A DNA stretch of 40,121 nucleotides from NCBI GenBank assembly GCA_048128005.1, contig JBEUKZ010000045.1, positions 124,001 to 164,121 on the forward strand. The letters are read 5' to 3'. Both the position numbers and the translations under genes were made by a program. The notes beneath the pieces are model-generated. The model searched no databases, was not told the origin of the DNA, and saw only the letters and a program-made list of their open reading frames with translations. Positions 12,500-24,829 of the stretch are shown piece after piece (within the stretch, counting starts at the first letter, position 1; every line of letters begins with the position of its first letter). The stretch is from Veleropilina oligotropha (lineage: Eukaryota).

Positions 12500-13030
12500 G
12501 GAGGTAACTGGATTCGAATCCCTGACCTCAATGTTAATCGTCAACGCTTTAACCGTTTGGGATATTCGCACAGGTCTAAATATAGATGAGATTGTAGACT
12601 ATATATATTTGGTGTTCGATTTTTGTATTTGCAAATTTTGCCAAACTTGACATTACTTAACTCGCAATAACTCAATAGTTACTGAAGCGATATTCCTGAA
12701 ATTTTTAAGAAAGGTAGTTTTCTTTAACCTTGCTTAATAGTGTAAATTATTACGGCGTTAGCAGTACTTAAAGGCCCTTGAGCTCAATGGAACGAAGTAC
12801 CAACATCTGAGTACATAAACACAGAAGTATAAATTTTAGACGACTGCAATGCGACACATAAGAATGCTAATGAAATATGAAGTCTGACTCGCAAAACAAT
12901 ACATAACATAGAATTAATTCGAAATAACTCAATAGTTACTAAAGCTATATACTTGCACTTTTCAGGGAAGGTATATTACGTAACATTGCTACATGGTGTA
13001 AATTATATTACGATGTTAGCAGTATTTAAA
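12500..13030. repeat. Interspersed element fragment with a tRNA-like segment and two ~110-bp direct repeats
   Basis: ggattcgaatcc at ~12510; taactcaatagttact...gtgtaaattat..cg..gttagcagta.ttaaag at ~12668 and ~12925. Confidence 0.55.
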
Positions 13031-13424
13031 GAGCTATCACAAATATCGCAACGTCTCGACCATTTTAATTTCGGAACAAAAATTAATGCTACAAATTATC
13101 TCTATCACACAAAGTATGTCGAGAAGAGTTGTAGATAATGTCCCACTCTGTTACTTGTTACAATTTGAGGTGTCTGTTGTCAATGGTTACTGAATCACGC
13201 CCCTTAGTTGCATTTTGCTTTGATTGATTTCTAAAATGCTTATAAAGTTAACATTTCAAATTATTTTCCAAATAATTTTACTAATATCAATATATTTTCA
13301 TCAGGACTACGATTTGCATAACGAATTTTCCCCATTTAATTAGATTTGACGAAATTAAAAATTAACTCCAATTTTTAAAGATTACAATTAATCCTCCTGA
13401 CGGACATCTTAGGTGGTGTAGATC

Positions 13425-15197
13425 TATGGAATGCCAAAAAGCTCAATATTCCATTGTGCTAGTTACAATTACAACATTGGTATTAATGTTGAAATATCCT
13501 AATTCGACTTCAAATATTCTACTGTTACTTGCAATATTTTAATTTTACTTCCAACATTATTGTTCGACACATGTCATTATGCAAGATGAGATATTCTAAC
13601 TTCCTTATTATGCACCGCGCACTGCTCTCGCCCTTTATTGCAATGTGACAGTTTAAATATTCAAGTTACAATGTGACAGTTGACAGTTGAAATATTACAG
13701 TTACAATGTTACAGTTACAATGTGACAGTTGCAATATTACAGTTGCAATATTCTAACTTCAATATTCTACGCCGCGGCGCCACCGTCGCTTTGTTTAGGG
13801 TAACGGTCAAAACGTCACACGGTCAGTTCGGCAGAGCTTAAAACCTGTGACGAAGTAACTACTAATATTTAGGGGTGTATGTACTGATATGACAGACAGT
13901 AACAGTATCATAATTGGGTAAAATATGAGAGTCCTATGTACTTGCTGCCATAAATCTGAGGCTACCAATTTGAAACTTTAAAATTTACTGGCGAAAAATG
14001 TAGCAGAATATCCGGCCGCGGCACCCGGCACTCCTATAAGCCAGACATGTATGTTTACGACAGTCATCATATTGCCCAATATCTCAATACTCGAACTGAA
14101 ACATGATATATTATTTGTTTTAGTATACTTGTATAAATGTATATAATGAAAACGAAAATAAAACTTTATTATTTATGTAATATAAGTGAGGCGCAAATGT
14201 TTTTACGATCATATTATCAAGCAGTAAATACATGATTACGCGACCGACGCTAAGAGAGACTAGCTGGTATCCGATTGACACCACGAGTCAACCGTGATAT
14301 AACTATTTTCATGAGTACATTTTAAGGTATGAGTAAATTGTTTCCGAGTTGACTCGAGGCATCTTACTGGACGCAGTTTGCGACAAGTGTTTTTGCGTTT
14401 TCAGACGGATTAATTTGGGGGTATATTAATTAATGCGGCTGGTCAGATACAGTCACATAACAGTACATCAATCATTATCGTGTACACGAACACTATTTAT
14501 ATGCATTTATTTACTGTTTTTAAATTTATTATTTTGTTGTATATAAAATTTGTCCGGTGCCGCGACACTTTTACTCGTGAGTCGTCAATATTATACGAAG
14601 GAATCGTGCGGCGGGAAAATCTACTCTTGCAGACTGTCCTTTTAAATAATGAACTTTAATATGATATAAACTTCATAAATATCAACACGAAATCTCCTGA
14701 ATTTAAAAGAAACATTCAATTACCGATTATTTGGTATTTAAATACCTATTATATACGATATACAGTACCCGGCGACGATCTGACTGTGCAATGAATCGAT
14801 AGGGTGACGATCTGACCGTCAGCGTGTGTGTCGATATGACTGGCGCAGAGGTGTAGAATATTGTAGTTAGAATATTGCAACTGTAATATTGCAACTGTAA
14901 TATTTCAACTGTCACATTTCAACTGTAATATTGCAACTGTAACATTGCAACTGTAATATTGCAACTGTCACATCATTGCAACTGTGATATTGCAACTGTC
15001 ACATTGCAACTGTAATATTGCAACTGTAACATTGCAACTGTAACATTGCAACTGTAACATTGCAACTGTCACGTTGAAACTATCACATTGCAAGTAAAAG
15101 TAGAATACTTGAAGGCGAATTAGGATATTGCAACATTAATACTAATGTTGTAACTGTAACTAGCACAATGGAATATTGAACCTGTTGGCATTCCATA
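13425..15197. mobile_element. Non-autonomous foldback DNA transposon, IS3EU-like
   Basis: Termini TATGGAATGCC...GGCATTCCATA; ~360-bp TIRs (13425-13782 / 14841-15197) containing 14-bp tandem repeats; exact 6-bp TSD TAGATC (13419-13424, 15198-15203). TAY..RTA ends with a 6-bp TSD match IS3EU as I recall it. Confidence 0.8.
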
Positions 15198-15274
15198 TAG
15201 ATCCTATATAATTCATCATGTCATTGTCCCGTAATCTAAAGAACATTTTGAGCCTAATTTGAAGTTTGTACGAC

Positions 15275-15500
15275 GAAGCTTTTAACGCTACAGCCGAAAA
15301 TCCGTAAACCGGATATTGCGTCATAAAATTCGAACCCGGTTGCCAATCCAGACCATCTTCGAGGAGGTCCGAGCCACGTAGATACCATACCTTGTGTGAA
15401 AATGTCAAGGAAATCGGATCAACGGTTTTCGAGTTATGCGAATGGACATACATACATACATACATACATATACTGTATACATACGGAACCGATTGCTATT
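15275..15500 (-). mobile_element. HINE-like element fragment with (CATA)n microsatellite
   Basis: Inverted homology to 18380-18610. Confidence 0.6.
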
Positions 15501-15568
15501 CCTGTTCATCAATCAGTTTGACCAAACAAAATATTATTTAAGCCAATCATGAGGTGAACTGTAAATAT

Positions 15569-17523
15569 GGTAACCTCCCATTTGTCAGACGTGCCATATC
15601 TCAGACAGGTTAATCCTACAGATTTAAAGGTTACCATGTTTATTGTATAGAATATGTAAATTTACAACATAATTTACTGATACATGTATATATAGTAAGG
15701 TAATAACACTAACATCACCTAATACAATAAAATGTCATAAGCAACAGTAAAAGTAATCTTGATCAAATGCAATATCACTTAATTTAATAATGTTCAATGA
15801 AATATAAATTTAACCTAATTTTAACAGTTGCCCGATGGCATCTAAAAATTGAATTGGCGTCTTCATACCTTCGTCCAGTTGCGATTTCAAACGAATGATT
15901 CTCTGTTCGATTTCCTTGTATACTCTTTTTCTATTTGGAGGCGCTACACCAACGTTAATCTGTGCGAGTTTGGCTTTTTCACTTAATTCAATCTTCTTGA
16001 TTACTTCAATGAATCAAAATATATTCGGATGGCGGTACGGCAATGATCTGTTTAGTCTGTTGTGGAATCCCTCCAAGTTGTTATTAGTTCTTGGTCCCTG
16101 TGTTTCATAGTGATTCCACAATGACAGATGGAATCGTGCGTCATAGGCCACCCAAATCATCACCATATAATCGTTAAACTCCTCAGCGTGAGGAACATCG
16201 GGAGTAGTGTCCGTTGCTTCCATCCAGGCGTCTTGCACATCGTTCTGTGGAAGTAATGGTAGTCCAGCAGCACGTCTAATCCATCTTCGTACGTCAGGAT
16301 CATCTTTGTAACTAGCAGCTAGTCCCAAATCTTGCGTTTTCCTCCAAATTGCCTGACAGTAATGGAAGAAGCAGCCTTTAACTTCAGTTTCTGGGAATTA
16401 TCTCTCTATAGCACGAATTGCAGTCATTTCAAAATCTGTTTGCACTTTTGATGGAGCAAGGGGTCGATTTAATCGCTGCTGAACGATTGTCTAAAATTAA
16501 CAATCTAAACAGTCTGACGTAGTTGGTAGATTGTCGATCTCGTAATAGCGCATAAACGAGTGGATACGTAATATCTTGGTGTCTTGCATGAATGATATAA
16601 ACTTGGTCCCATAGCTCCGGGCATGATGAAAATGTTCCATCCATGTATAAAACATCTGCAGCTTGTAGATTTTCAAGTTGTTCAGTTGTGGAAAATGCTA
16701 AACTTTTCTTATCATCGCCATCGTTGAAGAGGGGAAATGGTCTACTATCAGATGTTTCGGCCCAACTGCCTTCAAGATTCACTTCTGCTCTACTCTTTGG
16801 AAGCGATGGAAGGTTTTTACGTCGATGTCTGTACAAAGCACTACTCATACTCGGAAAAGATGGAAGTTGGGGAATTAAAGCCTCATCTTGTCACGTAATC
16901 TCGACGTTTCCTCTCTGGCATGTTTTCGCAGATTGCTTACAAATGTAAGTTTGTCCTCAGCTTCTGGTGGATGGTTATGTTCGGTGGTGTTTCGTACGAA
17001 ATCGTTGAGAGTGGTGCATTTGCCAGTGCAAGTCTTCATAATACATCTCCAATGGACACACGCCTGCCGGAATTTATACCGGTTGCACAAGTATCAATCA
17101 AGCAAAACTTGCGGGGTCCCTCTCTGCGAAGTAACAGTTTACTTTAACTAGGTGTGCCATAGTATATGATAAATAAAATAAGACTACATGTGGGTGATAC
17201 AATTTACTGCAAATGGAATGATTCACTTAGTGATTTTTATATCATAGGATTTACTTTTGTGAGTTGTAATATGTATCGCCACCAATCAATACGTTGACTG
17301 AACACACCGGATAGTGGGTTTAAGCAAGCAGTGAAGACTGCTCATATATATACAGTTAAGAGTTAAGAATTATTTTTTGAGAATTATGCTCACTATTACT
17401 GTCCGACATGCGACATAAGGTTATTCCATTTTATCATTAGGTAAGTCTGCCCAATTGCCTTAATTACAAGGTGTGATAATTATCTGTCTGACTATTGGCA
17501 CGTCTGACAATTGGGAGATAACC
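15569..17523 (-). mobile_element. Complete MULE (Mutator-like) DNA transposon
   Basis: ~41-bp TIRs GGTAACCTCCCATTTGTCAGACGTGCCA / TGGCACGTCTGACAATTGGGAGATAACC; 8-bp TSD GTAAATAT (15561-15568, 17524-17531); transposase inside. Confidence 0.93.
15820..17160 (-). pseudogene. FLYWCH zinc finger + MULE transposase, disrupted by stops and frameshifts
   Basis: WRC..C...HNH, YMDGTF, QVYIIH, PLVYALL, TDFE, GCFFHY, RTNNNLEGFH and HPNIF motifs are spread over ORFs 16875-17090, 16429-16848 and 16014-16328. Confidence 0.92.
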
Positions 17524-17676
17524 GTAAATATTGATGTGTGTCTGTGGACTGGTTTGGGAACGTCATGTCTGGCTACATTCTCCAGGCAGAGATAGTTATC
17601 GCCCCTTTCGTGTCTATTACGTTTGTAAGGTAGTGCAATGACGCCATGCGTATAAGAGTGGTCTGGCTATACTTAC

Positions 17677-17728
17677 CCGCAGACAGCGCCAAGGACGGGG
17701 CATACAATACAAAAGCCATGTATACCAA
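17677..17728 (-). CDS. SLC5 sodium:solute symporter (SMCT/SMVT/NIS-like), first visible exon (52 bp): LVYMAFVLYAPSLALSA
   Basis: ttcag acceptor and gtaagt donor on the minus strand; Y-x-x-x-VLYAPSLAL is typical of SLC5A5/6/8; ends phase 1, matching the next exon. Confidence 0.93.
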
Positions 17729-18338
17729 CTGAAACGACAAAATAATACTATTTATTATATACTTTATAAAGAAACGTATTTCTGTTCGTCGGATCCTATA
17801 CACGTACTAGTGCTAAAAATCGGTCTTCCAGTTTTATTACCTTTCTAACTATAATTGATGGCAATCCCCTTTCTACTTTAATTTATATCCAAGTGCATGC
17901 TCAGTCAGGCTGATACCAGTAGCAGACGACAACAATTACTTGCTACGTTCACTTGACATTTTTTTAAACTTCTCTAATCAGATAACTGTTTGCACTGTTT
18001 TGTTCCAAACACATAATGTTTGTAACCAAGAGTGGACAAAACGCTTTGGTTTTTACAGACAAATCGAAATGGAAAACATCGTATTTTGTCAAATATCTGA
18101 TTTATCATGTTGGAAGATAAACAAGGAAAAAATTGTTTATTCATTAAACGGACGCCCACCTTGTAATTCTATTACGTAGCCTAATAACATCCGACCACTG
18201 GGTTTACAAGAAATAAAAAAATACCCTACACGCTATGAATTCAGCAAATACGATAAACGTCATTATTAAAGCACAGTATCATGTGCGTAATAATCTCGGA
18301 GGTACTTCAAAACGCTTGAAATCTTAGCAGTGATATTA

Positions 18339-18620
18339 TTACCCTCGCCTCCGAAGGAGGAGAAGGAGAAGGCGAGGGTATTGCAATGGGCTTCGTATGT
18401 GTGTGTTTGTCTGTCTGTCTGTCCGGATGCCAACATATATCCATCATATCTCAAAAACTTTTCATCCGATTTCCTGTAAATGTCAACACAAGTTAGGATC
18501 CATCCTTGGCAATGTTCTCCTTGAAGATGATCTGGATAGGTACCCGGATACGGATGTTATGACGCATTTCCGGTTTGGGGATTTTTGGCTGTAGAGTTAG
18601 AACGCTTTGTCACCACGCTT
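18339..18620 (+). mobile_element. HINE/DINE-1-like element, 5' part
   Basis: Hairpin TACCCTCGCCT...AGGCGAGGGTA followed by (GT)/(CTGT)n; homologous to the other copies. Confidence 0.7.
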
Positions 18621-19972
18621 TGAATAGCCTATAGCTGTTATGAAAACACCGATTCATTAGGTCAAACCTTTAGTATTTGTGTCTGCGAGGATTTGTTACC
18701 TTCACTCACGTAGTGTCTGCCTGTCTGTGTGCATATCTGGTTTAAAATTGTCATGAAAATCAGAATTTAGTTCGTCTTTTATATTTAGTAATTGTTTATA
18801 CATAATGATACCCTAGTCGTTTGGGTGACCGTCTGGTCTTGAGTGGCGACTCTGAAGTCACAGTTACCAAGCACAGTTGTACCTAATTGGTCGGAGAGAG
18901 CGGCGAGGGTTTGAAATCTCTGGATTGCCTTGTTTTGATATGTGATTTAGTCGATCAAGATTTTCATCAATTTGTACTTCCTATAGGAACTTGGTTGTTG
19001 ATACGCGCATTATTATCTTATCATTAATTTTGATGTTCATGTTTTACGTTATGTATTTCCTACGTTTGTTAGAAAATAAGATGTAATTTGTTTTTTATGT
19101 TCAATGATAACTTATTGGCCTTGAACCAAGTAGCGAGATGGCTTTTTTCAGAATTATATGCATGGGTTGTACGATATAGCGGTACTTAACTTTCACCGCA
19201 TATAAAATCATTATGTCTGTATTTTGTTTTGAAATAACAATCCCTTCACCATTTCATTCCATCAATAATTCCATTTTATTTCATCTTTATTTACGTAAAT
19301 TGGCATCAAATATGACGCCGCATCGATCACGTTCCGTATATGGAGAATACTATAATACCGCGATAAATGTTATAAGTCGTGTATGAAGAACAAAGAGTGC
19401 CAAAAATGTCCGTTATAATCGGAAAGTTGTGAAGAATAGTTCAACACATTAAGTTAACAGCAAAGAATTTATCATAGCAAATATTTGAGAATAAATAAAC
19501 ATATTTATAAAATTTTCTTTTGACTTTAGACAGTTGAACTATTTCAGAGTGCAATGGGGACACCTGCATGATGTCAATGTCCCTTCTGACAACTGTAACA
19601 TTAGTACAATGTATGAAATGTGTCAAGTGATCAGAGAAAATCACATTTATTTAGTTCTTCTGGTTGCCAATTGTCGCAGTCGCAGCAAGGTATGTCATCG
19701 TCAGTCAGAAATTCGCAATTTTGGCCCTAATTGTGCTCCATACTTTTATCCCTTCAGAGGAGGTTATTTGTAACAGCATTAGAATTCCCTCTCTCATCCT
19801 TTTCATATCACGACAAAAAAATAGCATCAGTCAAATATCGTTTATTCTAATAAGATCTTTGGTATTTTTGGTAAAGATAGTATGAAGGTCCACAGAAAAG
19901 TTACGATTTTTAATGGCTAATGATAAAAAATGACCTACTCGCCAGACGTCTTGCCATTCTTGGGAAAATTTT

Positions 19973-20097
19973 ACACAGACGATCACGTGGTTTATTAACA
20001 CAGACGTACACGTGGTTTATTCACACTGACGTACACGTGGTTTATATACACAGACGTACACGTGGTTTATTTACACAGACGTACACGTGGTTTATTT
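19973..20097. repeat. 25-bp tandem repeat x5, each unit containing CACGTG
   Basis: cacagacgtacacgtggtttat; CACGTG at 19984, 20009, 20034, 20059 and 20084. Confidence 0.95.
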
Positions 20098-20290
20098 ATT
20101 TACCGTTCCAAAAATAAAAGCGTCACTATTTGGCGAACCAATTGCGCAGTCGTTGAAAATGCAAATACCGCTATATGGTATAGAGTAGAATAATTACGTC
20201 TGTTAATGTTTCGAGGTTTGCACGTGAATAAAAAAATATTTGTGTGATCTGCAAATATGATTTATCTTAATAGATCGGAAGATTTACACT

Positions 20291-21360
20291 TGTCATTTAC
20301 ATAAATGAGGAATAGGAGGGGTCCGAGTATTGATCCTTGTGAAACGCCAAATTTGATGTTAGATTACAAGATTTGCATTTGTCGTAGGTGACAAATTGGT
20401 GTCTATTGGATAGGTAGCTCCTAAACCAATCAACCTGCGTTCCCAGTATTTGGTAGTGTTAAAGCCTTTTAAACATTATGGAATGTCGATAGTATCAAAC
20501 GGTTTCGGGAGATCTATGAAGATCCCGATAGTAAATTATTTCTTATCAGTGCTTAATGAAATTTGATCTATTAATTCTAAGAGTGCCATATAAGTTGAGT
20601 GGTTGAATATAAAGCCATATTGTTGTTTATACAAAATGTCATGTTTTCCAATGTATTTAATTAATCTATTATATACTACTCTCTAGTATTTTTGAGAAGC
20701 AAGGTAGTACAGTGAATGGTCTATAATTAAAGTATAATTGCTATCACCACTTTTAAATATTGATTTTACCTTTGCTTGTTTATATTTGTCAGGTACAACC
20801 CCGGTTATAAGAGAAAGATTGAATATGTGTCAAAGGCACACTAGAATTAGGTATTACTTGCCTTATAAATTAATGATAGATGATATATCGTCATGCCCTG
20901 CGCTTTTTCCAATTTTGGACCCTTACCAGTTACCTAAGTTTTCAATTTGTGTCGGAAAAAAGTAAATGGAAACTGGGTAGTTTCTAAGTAAGAATGTCGA
21001 AAATGATTGCGATACATTTGAGATCGTTGAAGCTAAATTATGTCGAATATTGGTAAAATATTCATTAAATGTGTGACTAATTTCTGCAGGATCAGTAATA
21101 TATTTATCATCATGTTTGAAAGTCTTGGATATGTTGTCGGGAGTTTTACTTTTGTTAAGAATACGTATAATTTCTCTTCATGCTTGTTTCGAATCGTCCT
21201 TAGCTAGTTCAAATCGTTCAGCATTTTATTTAAATTTTGAGAAGCGGATTAAATGAGTTAGGCTAATTCGTTTTTGTATGACAAGAATTTATCACGACTC
21301 GATTGAGTTTTTCTATTTAAATAATCCTATATAATTTGCTTTTGCGATTTGTGGATATTA
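20291..21360 (-). mobile_element. Degenerate CR1/L2-group LINE ORF2 (reverse transcriptase) fragment
   Basis: Minus-strand peptides IFNLSLITGVVPD, NYRPFTVLPCFSKILE, IGIFIDL..FDTID and GVSQGSILGPLLFLIYVND; many lesions. Confidence 0.9.
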
Positions 21361-21689
21361 CCAGTCAAGAAAACGCACAGTACCAGAGGATTAATCACAT
21401 TAAACATATTATTGTTTAGTATTTTTATATGCAGGTGATTACTGTTAAATAATTGCCAATTGTTTTGCAGATTGTTTTGCATATCTTGGCAAACTGGTTT
21501 AAAGTGGTATATTTATTGTTGTTATATTTGAAATTTATATTGACAATTATAAGACAGTTGTTTCTGGTTGAAATATATAATAAAACAGTTATGGTCTTCT
21601 GTGGTGGTAAATATGATGTTTTATGAACCTAATAACTTATATTATGCGGCGAGACTAAATAAATATGGAAACAAGGTAATCGAGATTGC

Positions 21690-21880
21690 AAAAACGATAA
21701 GTGGAACGGTAGGATGCGGGTTCGACCCCCACTCCTGCGTGGCTTGTTCTAACGTTTAAACTAATAGAAGGGAGGGCTTAAACCCCGTCACCCATGTTTA
21801 GAATGGTCCCGACTACAAATGCAGCTGAAAAATTGTTGAAATGTGGTCGTAAAACTAAAACTGATTCACTAAATCAATCA
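21690..21880 (+). mobile_element. Degenerate SINE related to 28393-28625
   Basis: acggtaggatgcgggttcgacccc and ggtcccgact..gctgaaaaattg..gtcgtaaaac are shared. Confidence 0.65.
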
Positions 21881-21890
21881 CTCAATTCTC

Positions 21891-23074
21891 CCACCATAGC
21901 GTGAGTGGAGGCAATAAGCTATATGGCCGAACCCGGCACCATAGCGTGAGTGGAGGCAATAAGCTATATGGCCGAACCCGGCACCGTAGCGTGAGTGGAG
22001 GCAATAAGCTATATGGCCGAACCCGGCACCATTACGTGAGTGGGGGCAATAAGCTATATGGCCGAACCAGGCACCATAGCGTGAGTGAGGGCAATAAGCT
22101 ATATGGCCGAACCCGGCACCATAGCGTGAGTGAAGGCGATAAGCTATATGGCCGAACCCGGCACCATAGCGTGAGTGAGGGCAATAAGCTATATGGCCGA
22201 ACCCGGCACCATAGCGTGAGTGAGGGAAATAAGCTATATGGCCGAACTCGGCACCCTAGCGTGAGTGGAGGCAATAAGCTATATGGCCGAACCCGGCACC
22301 ATAGCGTGAGTGGAGGCAATAAGCTATATGGCCGAACCCGGCACCATAGCGTGAGTGAAGGCAATAAGCTATATGGCCGAACCCGCCACCATAGCGTGAG
22401 TGAAGGCAATAAGCTATATGGCCGAACCCGCCACCATAGCGTGAGTGGAGGCAATAAGCTATATGGCCGAACCCGCCACCATAGCGTGAGTGAGGGCAAT
22501 AAGCTATATGGCCGAACCCGGCACCATAGCGTGAGTGAGGGCAATAAGCTATATGGCCGAACCCGGCACCATAGCGTGAGTGAAGGCGATAAGCTATATG
22601 GCCGAACCCGGCACCATAGCGTGAGTGAGGGCAATAAGCTATATGGCCGAACCCGGCACCATAGCGTGAGTGAGGGAAATAAGCTATATGGCCGAACTCG
22701 GCACCCTAGCGTGAGTGGAGGCAATAAGCTATATGGCCGAACCCGGCACCATAGCGTGAGTGGAGGCAATAAGCTATATGGCCGAACCCGGCACCATAGC
22801 GTGAGTGAAGGCAATAAGCTATATGGCCGAACCCGCCACCATAGCGTGAGTGAAGGCAATAAGCTATATGGCCGAACCCGCCACCATAGCGTGAGTGGAG
22901 GCAATAAGCTATATGGCCGAACCCGCCACCATAGCGTGAGTGATGGCAATAAGCTATATGGCCGAACCCGGCACCATAGCGTGAGTGAGGGCAATAAGCT
23001 ATATGGCCGAACCCGGCACCATAGCGTGAGTGAAGGCAATAAGCTATATGGCCGAACCCGGCACCATAGCGTGA
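21891..23074. repeat. 45-bp tandem array, about 26 copies, with a 450-bp higher-order duplication
   Basis: Unit CACCATAGCGTGAGTG(GA/AG/AA)GGCAATAAGCTATATGGCCGAACCCG(G/C); rare variants recur exactly 450 bp apart. Confidence 0.98.
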
Positions 23075-23214
23075 ATATCACCTGGTCCCAAGATTTAAAG
23101 GTCAACAAAAATTGAGTAAATCGGATGGTTGTTGAGATATGCTCAAGGAAAGACAGACAGATAAACCGACCCAATTGCAATACATTCTCCCACCTCTACT
23201 TGAGCGAAGGTAAT
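23075..23214 (-). mobile_element. HINE-like element 5' end abutting the 45-bp array
   Basis: gacagacag...ttgcaatacattctcccacc..gagcgaaggtaat, homologous to 9900-10031. Confidence 0.7.
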
Positions 23215-24309
23215 TACACGAAATTACTATAGTTTAAATTGTCACGAAGTTAGGCGTGTCCACGAAAATTTTCTTCGTTCGCTGTACGTTCGCTGTGACT
23301 TTGCAACAGATTATGGCGCAGAAACTTCCGAGCAACTGGCATATTCAGGACAGTTCATATCAGGGAAATTTGTGCGAAGGTGGCGACAAGTCGTGCTAGA
23401 GGGAAAACATATTGTCGCGCAATAGAATTTGGGAGATTTGTGATGGCTTTTGTTTTCGTGCATTAAATAATTACTAGTCAGTGGGTTATACTCTCATGAT
23501 TAACATGTTGAAGAAAGCAGCAATTTACATGCATGTATGCTCTAACAGTCAATTGAACGCTAATGCGTCTACCGTTTAAGTAAATGCTTATTGATTAATT
23601 TTATTCTATGTTTTGCAATTATTTTATCTTGTTTCGGTCACATTGCCATCCCATCGATTTAACGATTCTACCCCACCGGTCGGTACGCCTTCCTCGTAAT
23701 TTGACCGCACCAATCAGTATATGTATTTAAACATGTAATGTTTGGAATAATCCCCACTTATAATGGCGGCTGGTATTGATTACACTTGATATATGCAGAC
23801 GGGTGCCGAATACGCTCAATATATGATGACTGAAACACAAAGTTATGTTTGGTAACTACCGGTACTTATAACGTGCTGATGAAAGAGTGCAGTCTTTCGT
23901 GTCTTCAGCCGTGATGCTACAATAAGTACCCCCGTGTGACTGATACATTTATTGTGTTGACAAAGTTGTGGTTAGGTGGAAAACTGGTTCATTATCTAAA
24001 AGTCTGATCAAGTTTGCGTGCTATTCTTTGTGATATTTGGCGCAAAACCGAAGGTATCAACACACATTATCAATTATCGAAATATCAAATTAGTTACTTA
24101 GAAAAGTACTATAATGATTCGCTGAATCGTTAAAAAATAATCACGTCAAATAAATAGAGATGAATGGGTTCTTCGTGATTAAAATGTTACGTCTCCACTT
24201 AGACCTAGTGGCTTTATCTGTTGTGTAAGATCAAGAAGTGGCATTGTTTGCAAGCAAAGTTTTAAAATGTTGGTCTACTGGATTGAATGCTTAATCTCCT
24301 GTATATTTA

Positions 24310-24530
24310 GGACAATCAGGTTCAAAGTAGGACATGTCCATATTATCGCGGGAGGAAAGCCCGCTCGCCCGGGAAACCCGCCCCATCCGACCAGTTACGA
24401 ACAAATGTGATTCATAACTAAACAAATAATGCAAATATCCAAACCGAGATTCGAACCCAGTACTGTCGGTGTCAGCGGAATCAAGCCAGTGATTTCAGAG
24501 TCTGCCACCGAAACCACACGACTGTCGGAG
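24310..24530 (-). mobile_element. tRNA-derived SINE, V-domain-like
   Basis: B box GGGTTCGAATCTC; GGGTTTCCCGGGCGAGCGGGCTTTCCTCCC resembles the V-SINE GGTTT.CTCCGGGT.CTCCGGTTTCCTCCC motif. Confidence 0.55.
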
Positions 24531-24829
24531 AGTGTAGACCTACTGGAAATCCTTGTAAATTGTACCCTTGGGGCATGCATTAATTATTAAACTGTTATTG
24601 GCTTTGTTATCTCTATTTTGGTGGTCTGCAAATATGCCAGCGGATAAACGCGAATGGGGGTGTAGACGTTTTTGCGAAACGCTGCCGTTTATTTGAACGT
24701 GTTACATCGACGAATCTATACGTTGTGTCTGGTATGTCATGAAGACATGCCTTGAGATACAAGTGTATTTCTGAGAAGCATCAGTGCCGCCAGTAACATT
24801 TCGCTAGCCGCTAGCCTCAACGCATAACG

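Noticed and set aside
20104..20170. Candidate missing upstream SLC5 exon
   Set aside because: Wrong length and phase, and no YLExRF similarity.
21891..23074. CRISPR-like array
   Set aside because: Units are contiguous with no unique spacers, there are no cas genes, and the context is a eukaryotic intron.
21901..23180. 404-aa and 382-aa ORFs on opposite strands
   Set aside because: Consequence of a stop-free 45-bp unit; no true ATG context or splice support.
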